Assembly: GCA_951406725.2 (NCBI GenBank)
Contig: OX597814.1
Span: 16,120,001 to 16,184,000 of the forward strand
Length of the DNA stretch: 64,000 nucleotides
Direction: 5' to 3'
Source of the DNA: Octopus vulgaris
Lineage: Eukaryota
Made by a program: the position numbers and the translations under genes. The notes beneath the pieces were generated by a model, which searched no databases, had not been told where the DNA came from, and was given only the letters and a program-made list of their open reading frames with translations. This document shows, in pieces, positions 25,598-39,364 of this stretch (position 1 is its first letter; each line of letters starts with the position of its first letter).

Positions 25598-26281
25598 ACG
25601 TTTCAGCCCGAAGGCTGCGGCCATGCTGGGGCACCACCGCTGAATGAGCTACACTAATATGTAAAGCCACTTCTGATACGTGGTCAACAACTTGGTCAAC
25701 AAAGGAGTTTGATGCCGCTACCCGCATCTGAGTCTCCTGTCGTGAGGTAGGTTCATCGGGGACCCTGACAAGAAGAGATCCAGTTTAGTTTTAAAGAAAC
25801 CCACAACCACACCATGCAAGTCTCTCAGGCATTTAGGGCGGATGTTAAAGAGCTGTGGTCCTCTGAAACCCAAGCTGCTGCAGTATCTTGTCCTGTATTT
25901 TGATGGTGATGTTAGAATCTTTGGCACCATGCAGTGGCACCCCGTTCTGCGGTTGGGGTAACTTTGAATGGCAAAGTTTGGGACAAGATCCTCCAGAATT
26001 TTCCAGATGTATATCAACGCATATCTCTCCCGCCTTCGCTCTAGGGAGAAGAGTTTTAATACTTTCAATCTTTCCAGTAGCATTGAGACGATCTTCTTTG
26101 TGTAGCTTCTTTGAATTGCTTCGAGTTCTGCTGTTAGTTTTATATTGTGTGGTGACCATAGTTGGGAGCAGTAGTCCAAGCGGCTGAGGACAAAAGTTTT
26201 CCACAGGACCATCAGTGTCTCCTTCTCTCTTGTTCTGAAAATTCGGGGAATCCATCCAGCTAGCCGTTTGCATTTTATCAT
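25598..26281 (-). mobile_element. 5'-truncated CR1-type LINE 3' end flanked by (TA)n
   Basis: ORF 25718-26281: [44 protein letters not shown]; shifted frame VPDEP...QMRVAASNS; 3' stem-loop cagcc-ttcg-ggctg. Confidence 0.92.
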
Positions 26282-26296
26282 ATATATATATATATA

Positions 26297-26350
<54 letters not shown>

Positions 26351-26364
26351 GTGTCTGTATACAT

Positions 26365-26423
<59 letters not shown>

Positions 26424-26427
26424 CATA

Positions 26428-27305
26428 TGTAGAATGCGATGGATAAATTGTCGCCATTGTATATTTTTAATTTCACGTATGCGAAGTGTTTGCTTTTGAT
26501 TCTGTCGATTAAATACTATAGTAGAATCGGTTGGGCGCCGTGTATGCGAAAAACGCACTATGACGCAACTCTGCCATATATTTGGAAACGACAAGCTGTA
26601 CTGTTTAGCATTCACGCCGGAAGCTCCAATACGAACAGATGGTGAACACACAGAACGGCCGTTGGCTTACCGTGTCCCCAAAACATGTTCCAAGAGTGAT
26701 AAAAATCAAACATCCAGTCAACATCATGGTGTTTTGAGTGATCATTAGTGATGGCAAAGTTATGCCTCCATTCATCTTCCCACAAGGCTCAACCCAACAC
26801 GGAGGCCTACATCAAGTGCCTGGAGGAGGTAGTGCTGCTCTGGGTCAAGTGGGTGACTGCTGGAAGACCCTGTGACTAGCAACTGGACACTGCACCATGT
26901 CACAGAAGCAGGAGAACCCAGTCATGGCCTTCAGTCAATTTCTGTGATTACGTCACCCCTAAAATCTGACCACTTATCTCCACAGACTGCAACCGCATTG
27001 ATTATATGTGGGACGCAATTCAACTAGAGATTAACAAAACTTCTTATAATTACAAAGACGATCTGAAGTCAAGGATTGCGGTGGCATTCATCAATTTAAA
27101 CAAAGAGACCGTCCAGAAGAGAAGCAGGAGATTCCGAAGTCGTCTGGAGGCTGTAGGTGGAGCCAATAACGATTATATTGAATAAATTTACTCTTTGGTA
27201 TTTCAAAATATTTTTATATAATTTTGGTAAATATATCTGTTAAAATGTAATGTCAGTGTTATTTGCACTTTTGTGCAATCTAAAGACCAATACATTTACC
27301 GCACC

Positions 27306-27308
<3 letters not shown>
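26428..27308 (+). mobile_element. Internally deleted Tc1/mariner transposon, DD37D (maT-type)
   Basis: HPVNIMVF, DGKVMPPFIFP, DTAPCH...STDCNRIDY with 37 residues between the two D; right end 'accgcaccctg' + TA; left end degenerate. Confidence 0.85.
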
Positions 27309-27390
<82 letters not shown>

Positions 27391-27499
27391 CAGAGAGAAA
27401 GAGAGAGAGGGGCATAACTAGACTAGGATGTGGAAGGTGATGGCATAACCTTCAACTATCAATTCTGCCATCTCGACGCCTTAATAATAATGATAATAA

Positions 27500-27560
<61 letters not shown>
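27500..27560. repeat. (AAT)n array at the 5' junction of a Dong copy
   Basis: Direct reading. Confidence 0.9.
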
Positions 27561-29303
27561 TTCCAATGGGACTTGGAATAATAGTCTTCCAAGGGGATTA
27601 CCTGTTCCCACTTATCTGGGTATGCATTAAAGAGCCACCATTTGTTACTCATGGATGACCTCAAACTTTATGCTAAAGATGAATCTTAAGTTAGTTCCCT
27701 CGTTGTTGCGCTGTATACTTTTAGGGCTGATATCAGAATGGAGTTCGGACTGAGAAAGTGTTGAAAGTATTGAAGAGAGGCAATATTGAATGTATGTACG
27801 CGCTAGCGATACCGTCGGGGGAGGTTATGAAGCAAATAGAAGAGTGAGGCTGTAAGTACTTGGAGATATTGGGAATGGATAAATTGATGGAGAAAGAAAT
27901 AACAGGAAAATTTAAGGTGGAATACTTGTGCAAACTGAGACTGACACTTAAGACGGAATTAAACAGACGGAATAAGACTGAAGCTATCACCATCTGGGTG
28001 TTTTCACTCCTTAGATATGGAGCAGGGATAATCGCATGGACCATAGAGGAACTAAACAGCATACACAAAAACGACAAACGCAGACAGTATGTAATAAGAA
28101 AAAGAGAAGGAAGAGGACTGATTAGAAGAGGACTGATCACAGCATTAGAGCAGTAGAAAACAATATAACATGTTATGTAAAAAATGCCACAGAACCGCTG
28201 TTATTGGAAGTAAGAAGGTCTGGCTGGTGTAGGATGGAAGATTGCAAAGATAAAGCACTGTACAAGCACTTGAGAATGAATAAAACTAAATATAGGTGGA
28301 TAAAGAAAACAATACATAGACAATTGCATAGGGGTGTTGAAGGTAAGACAGATAGAGTAAAGCATGGCTACGGATGACTAATATTGATTTAAAACCGGAA
28401 GCAGAGGCCCTAATCAGTGCTGCCCAAGAGCAAGCATTTAGAACCAATTACATCAAATACAGAATAGACAACACATCAGTAAGTGATAAGTGCAGAATTT
28501 GTGGACAAAATGGTGAAACCCTATGGCATATTACTAGTCAATGTACGTCATTAGCCCAGAAAGAATATAAGATGTTATGGCCATATAGCAAGGCTTGTCC
28601 ATTGGACACGTTGCAACTAGTATGGACTTTACAGAGCAAAAAATTTATACGAACATAAATCCGAAGGCATCATCGAAAATGATAATGCAAAGATCCTATG
28701 GGATTTTATGATTCAGTGTCACCATACGATAGAGAATAGGAAGACAGACATAGTCTTAATGGAGAAAGAAAGCAAACGCTGCCGGATCATATATGTAGCA
28801 TACCCAGCTGACAAGAAGGTATGCGATAAGGAAGAAAGAAATATCGATTGGTATGACAGGTTACCTTTGGATATGAAGCAGCTGTGGTCAGTTGAAAAGG
28901 TGGTAATAGTACCAATAATTGTCGGAGCCCTGGGAAAACTGAGTAAAAATCTTGAGATGTATATGGAACAAATAAGAGCTGCAATAATGATGGAGCACTT
29001 GCTGTAAACAGTACTACTTGGAGCCGCTCGAATACTCCGGATAGTGCTCGAAAAACAAGGTGTGTTACTTTTATTCACTGGTAGTGACCAGGTGGTACAA
29101 TAGTGATTTAAACCCGGAAACAGAGTCTCTAATCTACGCTGCCAAACAGCGAGCATTTAGAACCAATTACATCAAATACAGAATAGACAACACATCAGGA
29201 AGTGATATGTGCAGAATTTGGGGACAAAATGGTGAAAACGTATGGTATACTACGAGTCAATGTACACTATAGCCAGTGTTAGTAGTTGTGCAAAACAATA
29301 AAA
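27561..29303 (+). mobile_element. Degenerate R4/Dong-type element (same family as 17895-18725) with an extra knuckle segment in its 3'UTR
   Basis: IVFQGDYLFPL, HLLLMDDLKLYAK, LRYGAG, AAQEQAFRTNY, CRICGQNGETLWHITSQC, VPIIVGALG. Confidence 0.92.
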
Positions 29304-29316
29304 TATTAATAATAAT

Positions 29317-29487
29317 ACTCCCTACTATAGGGACAACGCCTGAAATTTGGTGAGCGAGGAAGGGGGACAGTCGATTAGTTCAACGCCAGTAGGCCAGTCG
29401 TACTTAATTTATCGATCCTGGAAGGATGACAGGCAAAGTCGACCTCGGCGGAATGTGAACTCAGAACTTAGCGGCAGACAAAATACC
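29317..29487 (-). mobile_element. SINE A (short tail), headless, fused to the next copy
   Basis: Minus strand begins 'ggtattttgtctgccgctaagttctgagttcacattccgccgaggtcgac'. Confidence 0.85.
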
Positions 29488-29719
29488 TATTTCTTTACTA
29501 CCCACAAGGGGCTAAACACAGAGAGGACAAACAAGGACAGACAAACGGATTAAGTCGATTACATAGACCCAGTGCGTAACTGGTACTTATTTAATCGACT
29601 CCGAAAAGATGAAAGGCAAAGTCGACCTCGGCGGAATTTGAACTCAGAACGTAGCGGCAGACGAAATGCCGCTAAGCATTTCGCCCGGCGTGCTAATGTT
29701 TCTGCCAGCTCGACGTCTT
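29488..29719 (-). mobile_element. SINE A (long tail), full length
   Basis: Closely matches 35653-35884 and 59400-59628. Confidence 0.93.
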
Positions 29720-29720
29720 G

Positions 29721-29850
<130 letters not shown>

Positions 29851-29851
29851 C

Positions 29852-30832
<981 letters not shown>

Positions 30833-31133
30833 TAATAAAAATAATGTTTTTCTAAAAAACAACGATCACATTTCTTTATTTTTTCTTTCTTCTTTTTTAG
30901 TGAGTCACATAAACTCTAGGAAAAAATTCTCAATCAGAGTGAGAAACAATTTACGTGGTAAAAATTAAATCACCTGTCAATTTCTGAAGTAGCAGTATAA
31001 ATTGCGAAACATAGAATACACTTCCTGCCAATAATATCTAACAGCTGTGTATCGGATGTTTAGAAAGATTCCTTACACGGGGCAGAAACGTTTTTACTGA
31101 TTATTTCATAATATCATTAAGGAACCTGTATAG

Positions 31134-31134
<1 letters not shown>

Positions 31135-31203
<69 letters not shown>

Positions 31204-31216
31204 GTATGTATGTATG

Positions 31217-31259
<43 letters not shown>

Positions 31260-31452
31260 ATATATATATATGTATATATATGTATATATATATATATGTA
31301 TATATGTATATATATATATATATATATATGTAATATATATATGTATATATATGTAATATATATATGTATATATATATAGATATATATGTATATATATATG
31401 TATATATATATATGTATATATATATGAATATATATATGTACATATATATACA
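31135..31452. repeat. Compound (TA)n/(TATG)n microsatellite
   Basis: Direct reading. Confidence 0.95.
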
Positions 31453-32281
31453 GTTTGTGTTTGTGTGTGTGTGCTTGCATTTGTGAATTTAAATCTGTTA
31501 TATATGGATGCACAAAAGAGAATAGAGAGAGAATTTATAAGTATATAAGCTGTGAAATCCTCAAGAAAGATATACATACATGCAATACAATAAAAGCATT
31601 TCGTTCGTTTTTGTTCCACTTTTGCACGTAAAAAAATTAAAGATTTTTACGACAACGATTTACTTGCTTTACAGAGCATTATAAAGACGTTAAGATTGCT
31701 GGGAGGCAAACGTCTCTAGCAACAGAAAACAGGAAACGGAACCGTTTCGTTCGAGCTGAAAACTAACAAATAATTTTATAGCGCAATTTCTGCCAGAGTG
31801 AATGAGTTAATGGAAAATAGCGGCAACAATTGGTTCATACCGTCTTACTCCTCTCCTTCTTTGTCATACATTTTCTATGTCGCCAGTCTTAATCAGTAAC
31901 ACTGATGAAACCGCAGCATAGCTTATAGCAAAATGTACAGCTAATTGCGTATTTGGATGTTTCAGAAACCGCTACCCCAATACCGATATCACCAGCATTA
32001 CAACGAATAATATTAACAGCAACATCTCACAACATTTCACTTCAAATACTACCGTTATTTCCATTTCTGCCTGTTCACTAGAATTTCTCTACTATCATTA
32101 CCAGTTCCTGTGATTCATTTCGCCATTACCAACACCAAGGAAAGAAAACCGTTGCCACAATTTCACCCAGTACGCTACACACCGTAAGCACAGGCACATG
32201 TAACATTTACGCTAATAACTAATGAGGTTTTAATGTGGTCACTTCATCTGTTGAAATAGCAGCTAAACCTCACTCAAATCC

Positions 32282-32463
32282 TGTTGTGTCAGAGGAGAGT
32301 CATTTTCTTTTTGTGCCTTATAATATAACATACTCACCTGTAAAATTTCCACTTATTTCTTTTTTTCAAATAAAAATAAAAATAAGAGATAAGTGGAAAT
32401 TTTACCGGTTAGTGTGTTACATTATATGGCACAAAAAGAAAATGACTCTCCCCAAACACAACA
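32282..32463. mobile_element. Palindromic MITE-like element with TGTTG...CAACA ends
   Basis: ~85-bp arms; 'ggagagtcattttctttttgtgcc' versus 'ggcacaaaaagaaaatgactctcc' is an exact reverse complement. Confidence 0.85.
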
Positions 32464-32593
32464 CAATATGCTTCATCACACGAACTCAAATAAAGAATCT
32501 TGCAAACCAAATCCAAAAACAAAATATTCACTCAAATCAGTCTACCGTTTTAAAATACACAGACACATTGATTAATATTGTTCACTATATTTA

Positions 32594-32802
32594 ACGCGGC
32601 GAGCTGGAGGAGTCATTAATACGCCGGGCAAATTGCTTAACGTTATTTTGCCCGTCTTTACATTCTGACTTCAAATTCCATCAGGGTAGACTTTGTGTTT
32701 CAGTCTGTTGTTGTCGATAAAATCAGTACCAGTCGACCCTCGAACACGATGTAGTCGACTATCCCTTTCCCTCGAAATTTCAAGGGTTCTGCCTATAGAA
32801 AA
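32594..32802 (+). mobile_element. Degenerate SINE A (short tail)
   Basis: 'gcggcgagctgg...acgccgggcaaattgctta...gtcgataaaatcagtaccagt...ccctcgaaatttcaagg'. Confidence 0.8.
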
Positions 32803-32939
32803 AAGTAACATTGTTCCATATATATTATACTTAAAAATATAATAAGAAGATGTTCATATGTGGATCACCATACGTCTGCCCGATCAGAGATGTTCAGACA
32901 CAAAGAGCAATATTGGCACAACCATTGCAAAAGATAAAC

Positions 32940-33350
32940 CATCGTGATGAGGACCACTACCAACTGACCCTCACCGCCACTACCTCTCTTGTCACCGCCA
33001 ACACTACTATAGCTATCAAATTCAGAAATACCATTGCTTCTACCGCGGCAACATAAGAACCACTACCGCAGCAACCACAGACATCACCATCACCGTCATA
33101 AACAATACCACAATAACACCACATCTATCACCATTGCAACCACTATATCTAACACTACCATCACAACAACAGCATTATCAACACCACTATAACAACCACC
33201 ACAAGTGCCATAACCACCGCTTTCGCCTCCATCACAACAGCTACCACTAATAACATATCGATAATTAATACAACCCCCCCCCCCCATAATCACCACCACA
33301 AGCACCCTAACATCAGTAACAGTCTTAGCATCATGAACAACGACGATAGC
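32940..33350. repeat. Decayed (CAC/CAA/CAT)n low-complexity region
   Basis: Direct reading; gives Thr- or Val/Gly-rich spurious ORFs. Confidence 0.75.
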
Positions 33351-33788
33351 AGCATGGACGTTCACGGTTCAATACATACGTAGCATCCAATCAGTTAAAG
33401 GCAAGGAACACTATGCGAAGCAAATTTCCATTTTATAACAGGAAACGAGGTGTTCTATGAATGAGAGTGGCTGCGGTAGCAGTAGTAATTGGTAAATGTA
33501 GAATAAAAATTACTGAAATGAAAATTACGCATACACAAACAAACACATATGTACGTATACAGATGCTTATAAGACAGAAAGAAGAAGGAGCAGACTCGCT
33601 TATATGCAAACTCACATACACAAAATCACATACACGTATACACACAGTAAGCGCTTAATCACAAGCGCGTAGGAATATATATACATACGCATGCATAGAT
33701 AAATATAAATATATCTATAACGTGCAAGTATAATTACAAGCCCACTTATATACGCAAACAGAAACACAGGCGCACAAATATATACGCT

Positions 33789-33819
<31 letters not shown>

Positions 33820-33858
33820 AATATATATATATATATAAATAAATATATATATATATAA

Positions 33859-33945
<87 letters not shown>

Positions 33946-34525
33946 AGTATGACATTCAATCAGTTACATGTATGCAGGAACACATACGTAGATACGTAAG
34001 CAGAGACACAACAAATTATACATACACTCATGCATACGCACATACTGAGCGCGCCCTTCCCCCACGCACACGCATACATAAATACACACACAGATACAGA
34101 AACATTCGCACGTGTATGAAAGCAATGATATGAAACAAGAAAAACACTAACATAACTCGTTAATATTTGTTGTTTACCTTTGTCTTTCGTTGATTAGCTA
34201 AAATTGAGATTTTAAATTAATATTTTAACAAGGCTTTTTTTTTCTTTTCTTTTATTATTTTATTAGAATTATATTCAGAAAGTGTTCAAGTTAACGATTT
34301 AAGAAATACATAAGATCCTCTCTGTATATATATCTAAAAGGACACGATGACAAAGATGAACGATGTATAAGTGTGTGTATATAGCTGTGTGTGTAAGCTA
34401 TATAAACATGTATATTTAAAAGGTTGGACAATTCTCTAATCGAAGAATATTTTGATGACATTGCACAAAGACTAGTTTCAAATACAATAGCTATAACAAA
34501 ATTCTTTCACAATAAAAATAATAAT

Positions 34526-34736
34526 ATTCCTTTCTGCTATAGACACACGTCCTGCTATTTTGGGGAAGGGAACAAGTCGATTACGTAGACCCCAGTATTT
34601 CACTGGTACTTAATTTATCGAACCTGAAGGATGAAAGGTAAAGTTGACCTCAGCGGAATTCGAACTCAGAATGCATAGTTGGATGAAATGCTGCTAAGCA
34701 TTTTGCTCGGCGTAATAACGGTTCTGCCAGCTCGCT

Positions 34737-34738
<2 letters not shown>
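34526..34738 (-). mobile_element. SINE A (short tail)
   Basis: 'ctggtacttaatttatcga...ggatgaaaggtaaagttgacctcagcggaattcgaactcagaa...ttctgccagctcgc'. Confidence 0.88.
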
Positions 34739-34785
<47 letters not shown>

Positions 34786-34801
34786 CAACAACAACAACAA
34801 C

Positions 34802-34833
<32 letters not shown>

Positions 34834-34837
34834 TAAC

Positions 34838-34871
<34 letters not shown>

Positions 34872-34902
34872 TGATGATGATAATAATAATAATAATAATA
34901 AC

Positions 34903-34964
<62 letters not shown>

Positions 34965-34971
34965 TAATAAT
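34739..34971. repeat. Long (AAT)n array with AAC/GAT variants
   Basis: Direct reading. Confidence 0.95.
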
Positions 34972-35234
34972 GAAATGATAAAAAATAAATCATGCATAGC
35001 ATGCAAAAGAGAAATAAGGGAAGTATATATAGTATACAATAGTAAAAAAAGAAAAGATGATAGAGATGTGGTTACCTTGATACAGGATGACCTCTAGGGA
35101 TAATCGAAGAATGCCACCGTCCAAGATTTCCCTGAACATCAAGAAAAACTGCCCACTTCAATTACTTTTTCTGAGACTCACACTTATACACTTAGAGTGA
35201 TACCATTCACTCTTGGCAATTTACTGAAAATTAC

Positions 35235-36235
35235 TCATACATAAACGAACAGAAGGAAGACACTCGTCTTTCAATAAACTCACTCGAGGACAGCATCTCC
35301 CTCTCAACCCTTACTTTTTTGTCATGTGAAACTTGAAAAGTCACAGTGAAATGTAGGTATTTTCATACATTTCATCTTCTTTGGTCATAGTCATCAAGCA
35401 AGGAAAATCAGCCTTACCTGCCCGATGGGGCAATCATCACTATAGACTTGGCTTTAAACGGATCGTGCTCACACGCAAGAGCAGCTGTTCCATGTAATTC
35501 AACAGGTCAGCAATATCCCAACACTGAACAAGTGCATGCAGAACGATTTCAAGGCTCTGCGTGCACCTTGGACAAAACCGTCTGACAATAGATCCGTGCC
35601 TGTAGAGTTTGTCTCGAGCCGGTAGCGCACACCGGTAGCTCTGTCAGGTCAAAAGGCGGCGAGCTGGCAGAAACGTTAGCACGCTGGGCGAAATGCTTAG
35701 CGGTATTTCGTCTGCGTTACGTTGTGAGTTCAAATTCCGCCGAGGTCGACTTTGCCTTTCATCCTTTCGGGGTCGAGAAATTAAGTACCAGTTACGCACT
35801 GGGGTCGATGTAATCGACTTAATACCTATGTCTGTCCTTGTTTGTCCCCTCTGTGTTTAGCCCCTTGTGGGTAATAAAGAAATAGGTAGCACTGTCAGGC
35901 CAAGAACATTAGGAAACTTTTCATGATAGACACCTCTGGAACAGACGAGCCAGTTCGTTCTCTTTGACTCTCAGTCTCCCCAAGAACGTCGTCTTACCTC
36001 CTCGCCACTAATTCTCTACATATTGCTGAAGCAGAACATCTACCGAACCTATTGTCCGACTGGTAGAGGGCTGTGAGCGCCAGACGATATTCTAGGTTCC
36101 ATGCTCCCAGTCTCAGTCTTTTCTTCACCCAGTACTGCAACTCTATGAAGGAGATAATCTGCAAAAAGGACGTTTCTCACAAACAGAAACCATAAATATT
36201 CAGCGTCCAGAAATCGTTGCAGGTGGCGCAATGAT
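35235..36235 (-). mobile_element. Degenerate L1/Tx1-clade LINE ORF2 C-terminus, interrupted by a SINE
   Basis: With the SINE and one TSD removed: FLA*QSYRCALPARDKLYRHG...CPRC...HALVQC (zf-RVT-like knuckle), then RVEREMLSSSEFIER. Upper limit approximate. Confidence 0.75.
35653..35884 (+). mobile_element. Full-length SINE A (long tail) with 19-bp TSD
   Basis: A-box-like 'ctggcagaaacg', B-box 'gttcaaattcc'; TSD 35634-35652 / 35885-35903, 17/19 identical. Confidence 0.95.
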
Positions 36236-36370
36236 AATAACAATGAGGTAAGATAGAATAGTAAACATACTGAAGAGATTCAGTATAACCCAATTAATCC
36301 CGTTGGTGGTAAAGAAACCATACTATAATACCTGATAAATTAATATGATACTCCTTAGTAATATGCCGGT

Positions 36371-37023
36371 TCTGGGGTCCCAAGTATTTGCAATTTTGGC
36401 GGTTGATTGAGGTGTTTAATTTTAATGTGGCTTCATCAATCCCAAAAATCACAGAAAATGCATAACTTCACATATTCTCAATTGCCACATGCAAATCTCT
36501 ACAATGCAGTTTACTTGAATTTGCTGCAACAGTCTGTAATGCCAAGAATTAGAGAAGTCTTTGAAGATGAGGAGTTTTATTTTGAGCAACATGAGGCACC
36601 CCCACACAACCATCGTGATGTTAGATCCTTTCTTGATGAGATCTTACCAACCAGGTGGATTAGACGAAGGGGTTTCGTTGAATATCCTCTGGGTTCACCT
36701 GACCTCACAACACCAGACTTTTTTATGGGTATACCTAAAAGACAAAGTCTACGCTATGAAACCGGCAACAATCGCTGATTTGAGAGCAGTCATTGAACGA
36801 GTATGATGACAAATGGCAAACGAATTCTTTCGTGATGTTTGCGATTCCATTGCTTTGCGTTGTTAGCAGTGCCTGGACCGGAACGGACGTCAGTTTCAAA
36901 AGAAGCGCTGACAAAACAATAAAATCATTTCTAAAGATTTTATTAAATTTTGAAAATGAAACGTATTTTGATAAACACCTACATTACAATTATCTAAACT
37001 GAATACGCATTTTGGGAACACCC

Positions 37024-37025
<2 letters not shown>
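36371..37025 (+). mobile_element. Tc1/mariner remnant, DD41D (rosa/VS-type) spacing
   Basis: FYFEQHEAPPH...RWIRRRG...SPDLTTPDFF then LWVYLKDKVY; 41 residues between the mutated D position (H) and the final D; right end 'tttgggaacacccta'. Left end tentative. Confidence 0.82.
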
Positions 37026-37055
<30 letters not shown>

Positions 37056-37161
37056 TGTATGTATGTATGTATGTATGCATGTATGTATGTATGTATGTAT
37101 GTACGTATGTATGTATGTATGTATGTATGTATGTATGTATGTATTTATGTATGTATGCATG

Positions 37162-37192
<31 letters not shown>

Positions 37193-37235
37193 TTATCTAT
37201 CAACCTCTATTTATATTATATATATATATATATAT
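37026..37235. repeat. (TATG)n, (TATC)n and (TA)n compound microsatellite
   Basis: Direct reading. Confidence 0.95.
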
Positions 37236-37789
37236 CGAAAGACATAGAAAAATATATACATTGACAGATAGTGAGAGGAGTTGAAACCTACATAAGGTCT
37301 TTTAGGTTCTGTGTTTTTGCAACCGGCCGCAAAATTAGAAGAGAAATTCTCGTCTTCAAAAAGGGACACTGCGAATAAATCATTCAAACATGTTGCAAAT
37401 AGTAAACCATTATGCAATTCTTAAAATATCCATCTGCTTATACATCGTTGATAGGCCAGGTGCAGTGGTATTTGTTCTGAGAAAACATCTCTTATGATGC
37501 GTTGTCTTGTGTTTTAAAACAGAAGATACATAAGAGTTGTTATTTCAAGAAAATACCGCAATAGCTGGCATATCGCAGGTGTATATATATTGATTGAGGT
37601 TAGTAGACGTCAAACCCAAAGTTGAATCGTTTCAGTACCTTCCATTCCGTGAGATTGAAATGGAAAAAAAAAAACACTTTATGGAAGAGGTAATTCCGTT
37701 CCAAAGAACATCTGTCACAACACGGATGAGACCGATCCAAAAGGCAACACGAAAGCACTCAAACACACACACACGCACGTATGTGTTTA

Positions 37790-37840
<51 letters not shown>

Positions 37841-38039
37841 GGGCGGTGGCGTGGCTGTGTGCTAAGAAGATTGCTTCCCATCCACATGGTTCCGGGTTCA
37901 ATCCCACTGCGTGACACCTTGGACAAGTGTTTTCTACTGTAGGCTCGTGCCGACTAAAGCCTTGTGAGTGGATTTGGTGCTCGAGTAAAGGCGGTGCTCC
38001 AGCATGGCCGCAGTCAAAATGACTCAGACAAGTAAAAGA

Positions 38040-38040
<1 letters not shown>
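37841..38040 (+). mobile_element. SINE B with central deletion, inside (TA)n
   Basis: Head and CORE-like part joined directly to the tail at 'gtggatttgg|tgctcgagtaaaggcggtgctcc'. Confidence 0.9.
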
Positions 38041-38083
<43 letters not shown>

Positions 38084-38160
38084 ACACATCAATGATTTAC
38101 CGTGTATTTATGTCTTAGCGTAGAATGTGTTACGTTTCATATTTATGCTGTTATATTATA

Positions 38161-38234
<74 letters not shown>

Positions 38235-38972
38235 GTATATATTGCTTTGTAAATGTGTGGGAATATGCACACACACACATATATATATATATATATTTAT
38301 ATGTAAACACACACACACACAAATACACATATATGTCTATATGTATGTGTATTAGTAAATGTGCGTGTGAGTGTGTATTCACTATTTTCAGCAAGCATAC
38401 TTTTGAGAGAAAAAAAAAAAATAACAAAAACAAGGGAAAAAAGCATTGGAAGCACGAAAATAGTAATAAGAATAGGAAAATGGCATGTCTGTTCCAGAAA
38501 CATATTTCCTCACATGGTTCAATAGCATGCTTGGAAAATACGAAGCATGAGAGAATCTTTGCTCCATAATCAGAAGCGGTGCATAATATAATTCAAGAAC
38601 ACCGTATCTATAAGCTTATGACATTTTCCGTGTATGTGAATAAGATATGAAGAAATGTATTATATTGCTATAATCGAATTTAGACGCAAATTTCATTACT
38701 GTGCATATGAAAGCGTTATTCGATTTGTAGTTAAAGTGAAACGAAGGACGAATGCGCTCGGAATTTTGTTGGTTCACATGCAGTGGAAATAGGCAGGATT
38801 ACATAGACACCCTCCTATGTATGAAGATAAATATGTGTCCATTTGTATGTATGTATGTATATATGTATGTACGTAAGTATAAATATATATATATATGTGT
38901 ATATAGATAGATAGATAAATTATATTTGTATGGGTGTGTCTGTGTATATATGTATATATATGTTATATATGT

Positions 38973-39003
<31 letters not shown>

Positions 39004-39026
39004 TTATATAGATTTGTATATGTGTG

Positions 39027-39072
<46 letters not shown>

Positions 39073-39254
39073 TACATATGTGTGTGCATGTATGGGTGTA
39101 CAATTATATATGGAGATATAACGGGCTTTCAGATTTCGTTTCTCATACATCTATGCTGTATGATCATTGTTACACGTACATACTCAATAATTCGCATCCA
39201 CTCACACATTTACGCCTCCCATACTCACAAACTCACACACACACACATGCACAC

Positions 39255-39343
<89 letters not shown>

Positions 39344-39364
39344 ATGGTGTGTATATATATCTTA

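Noticed and set aside
31660-31780. Acceptor-like 'ctttacag' and RFX-like 'gtctctagcaac'
   Set aside because: Checked frames close quickly; motif match is weak and isolated.
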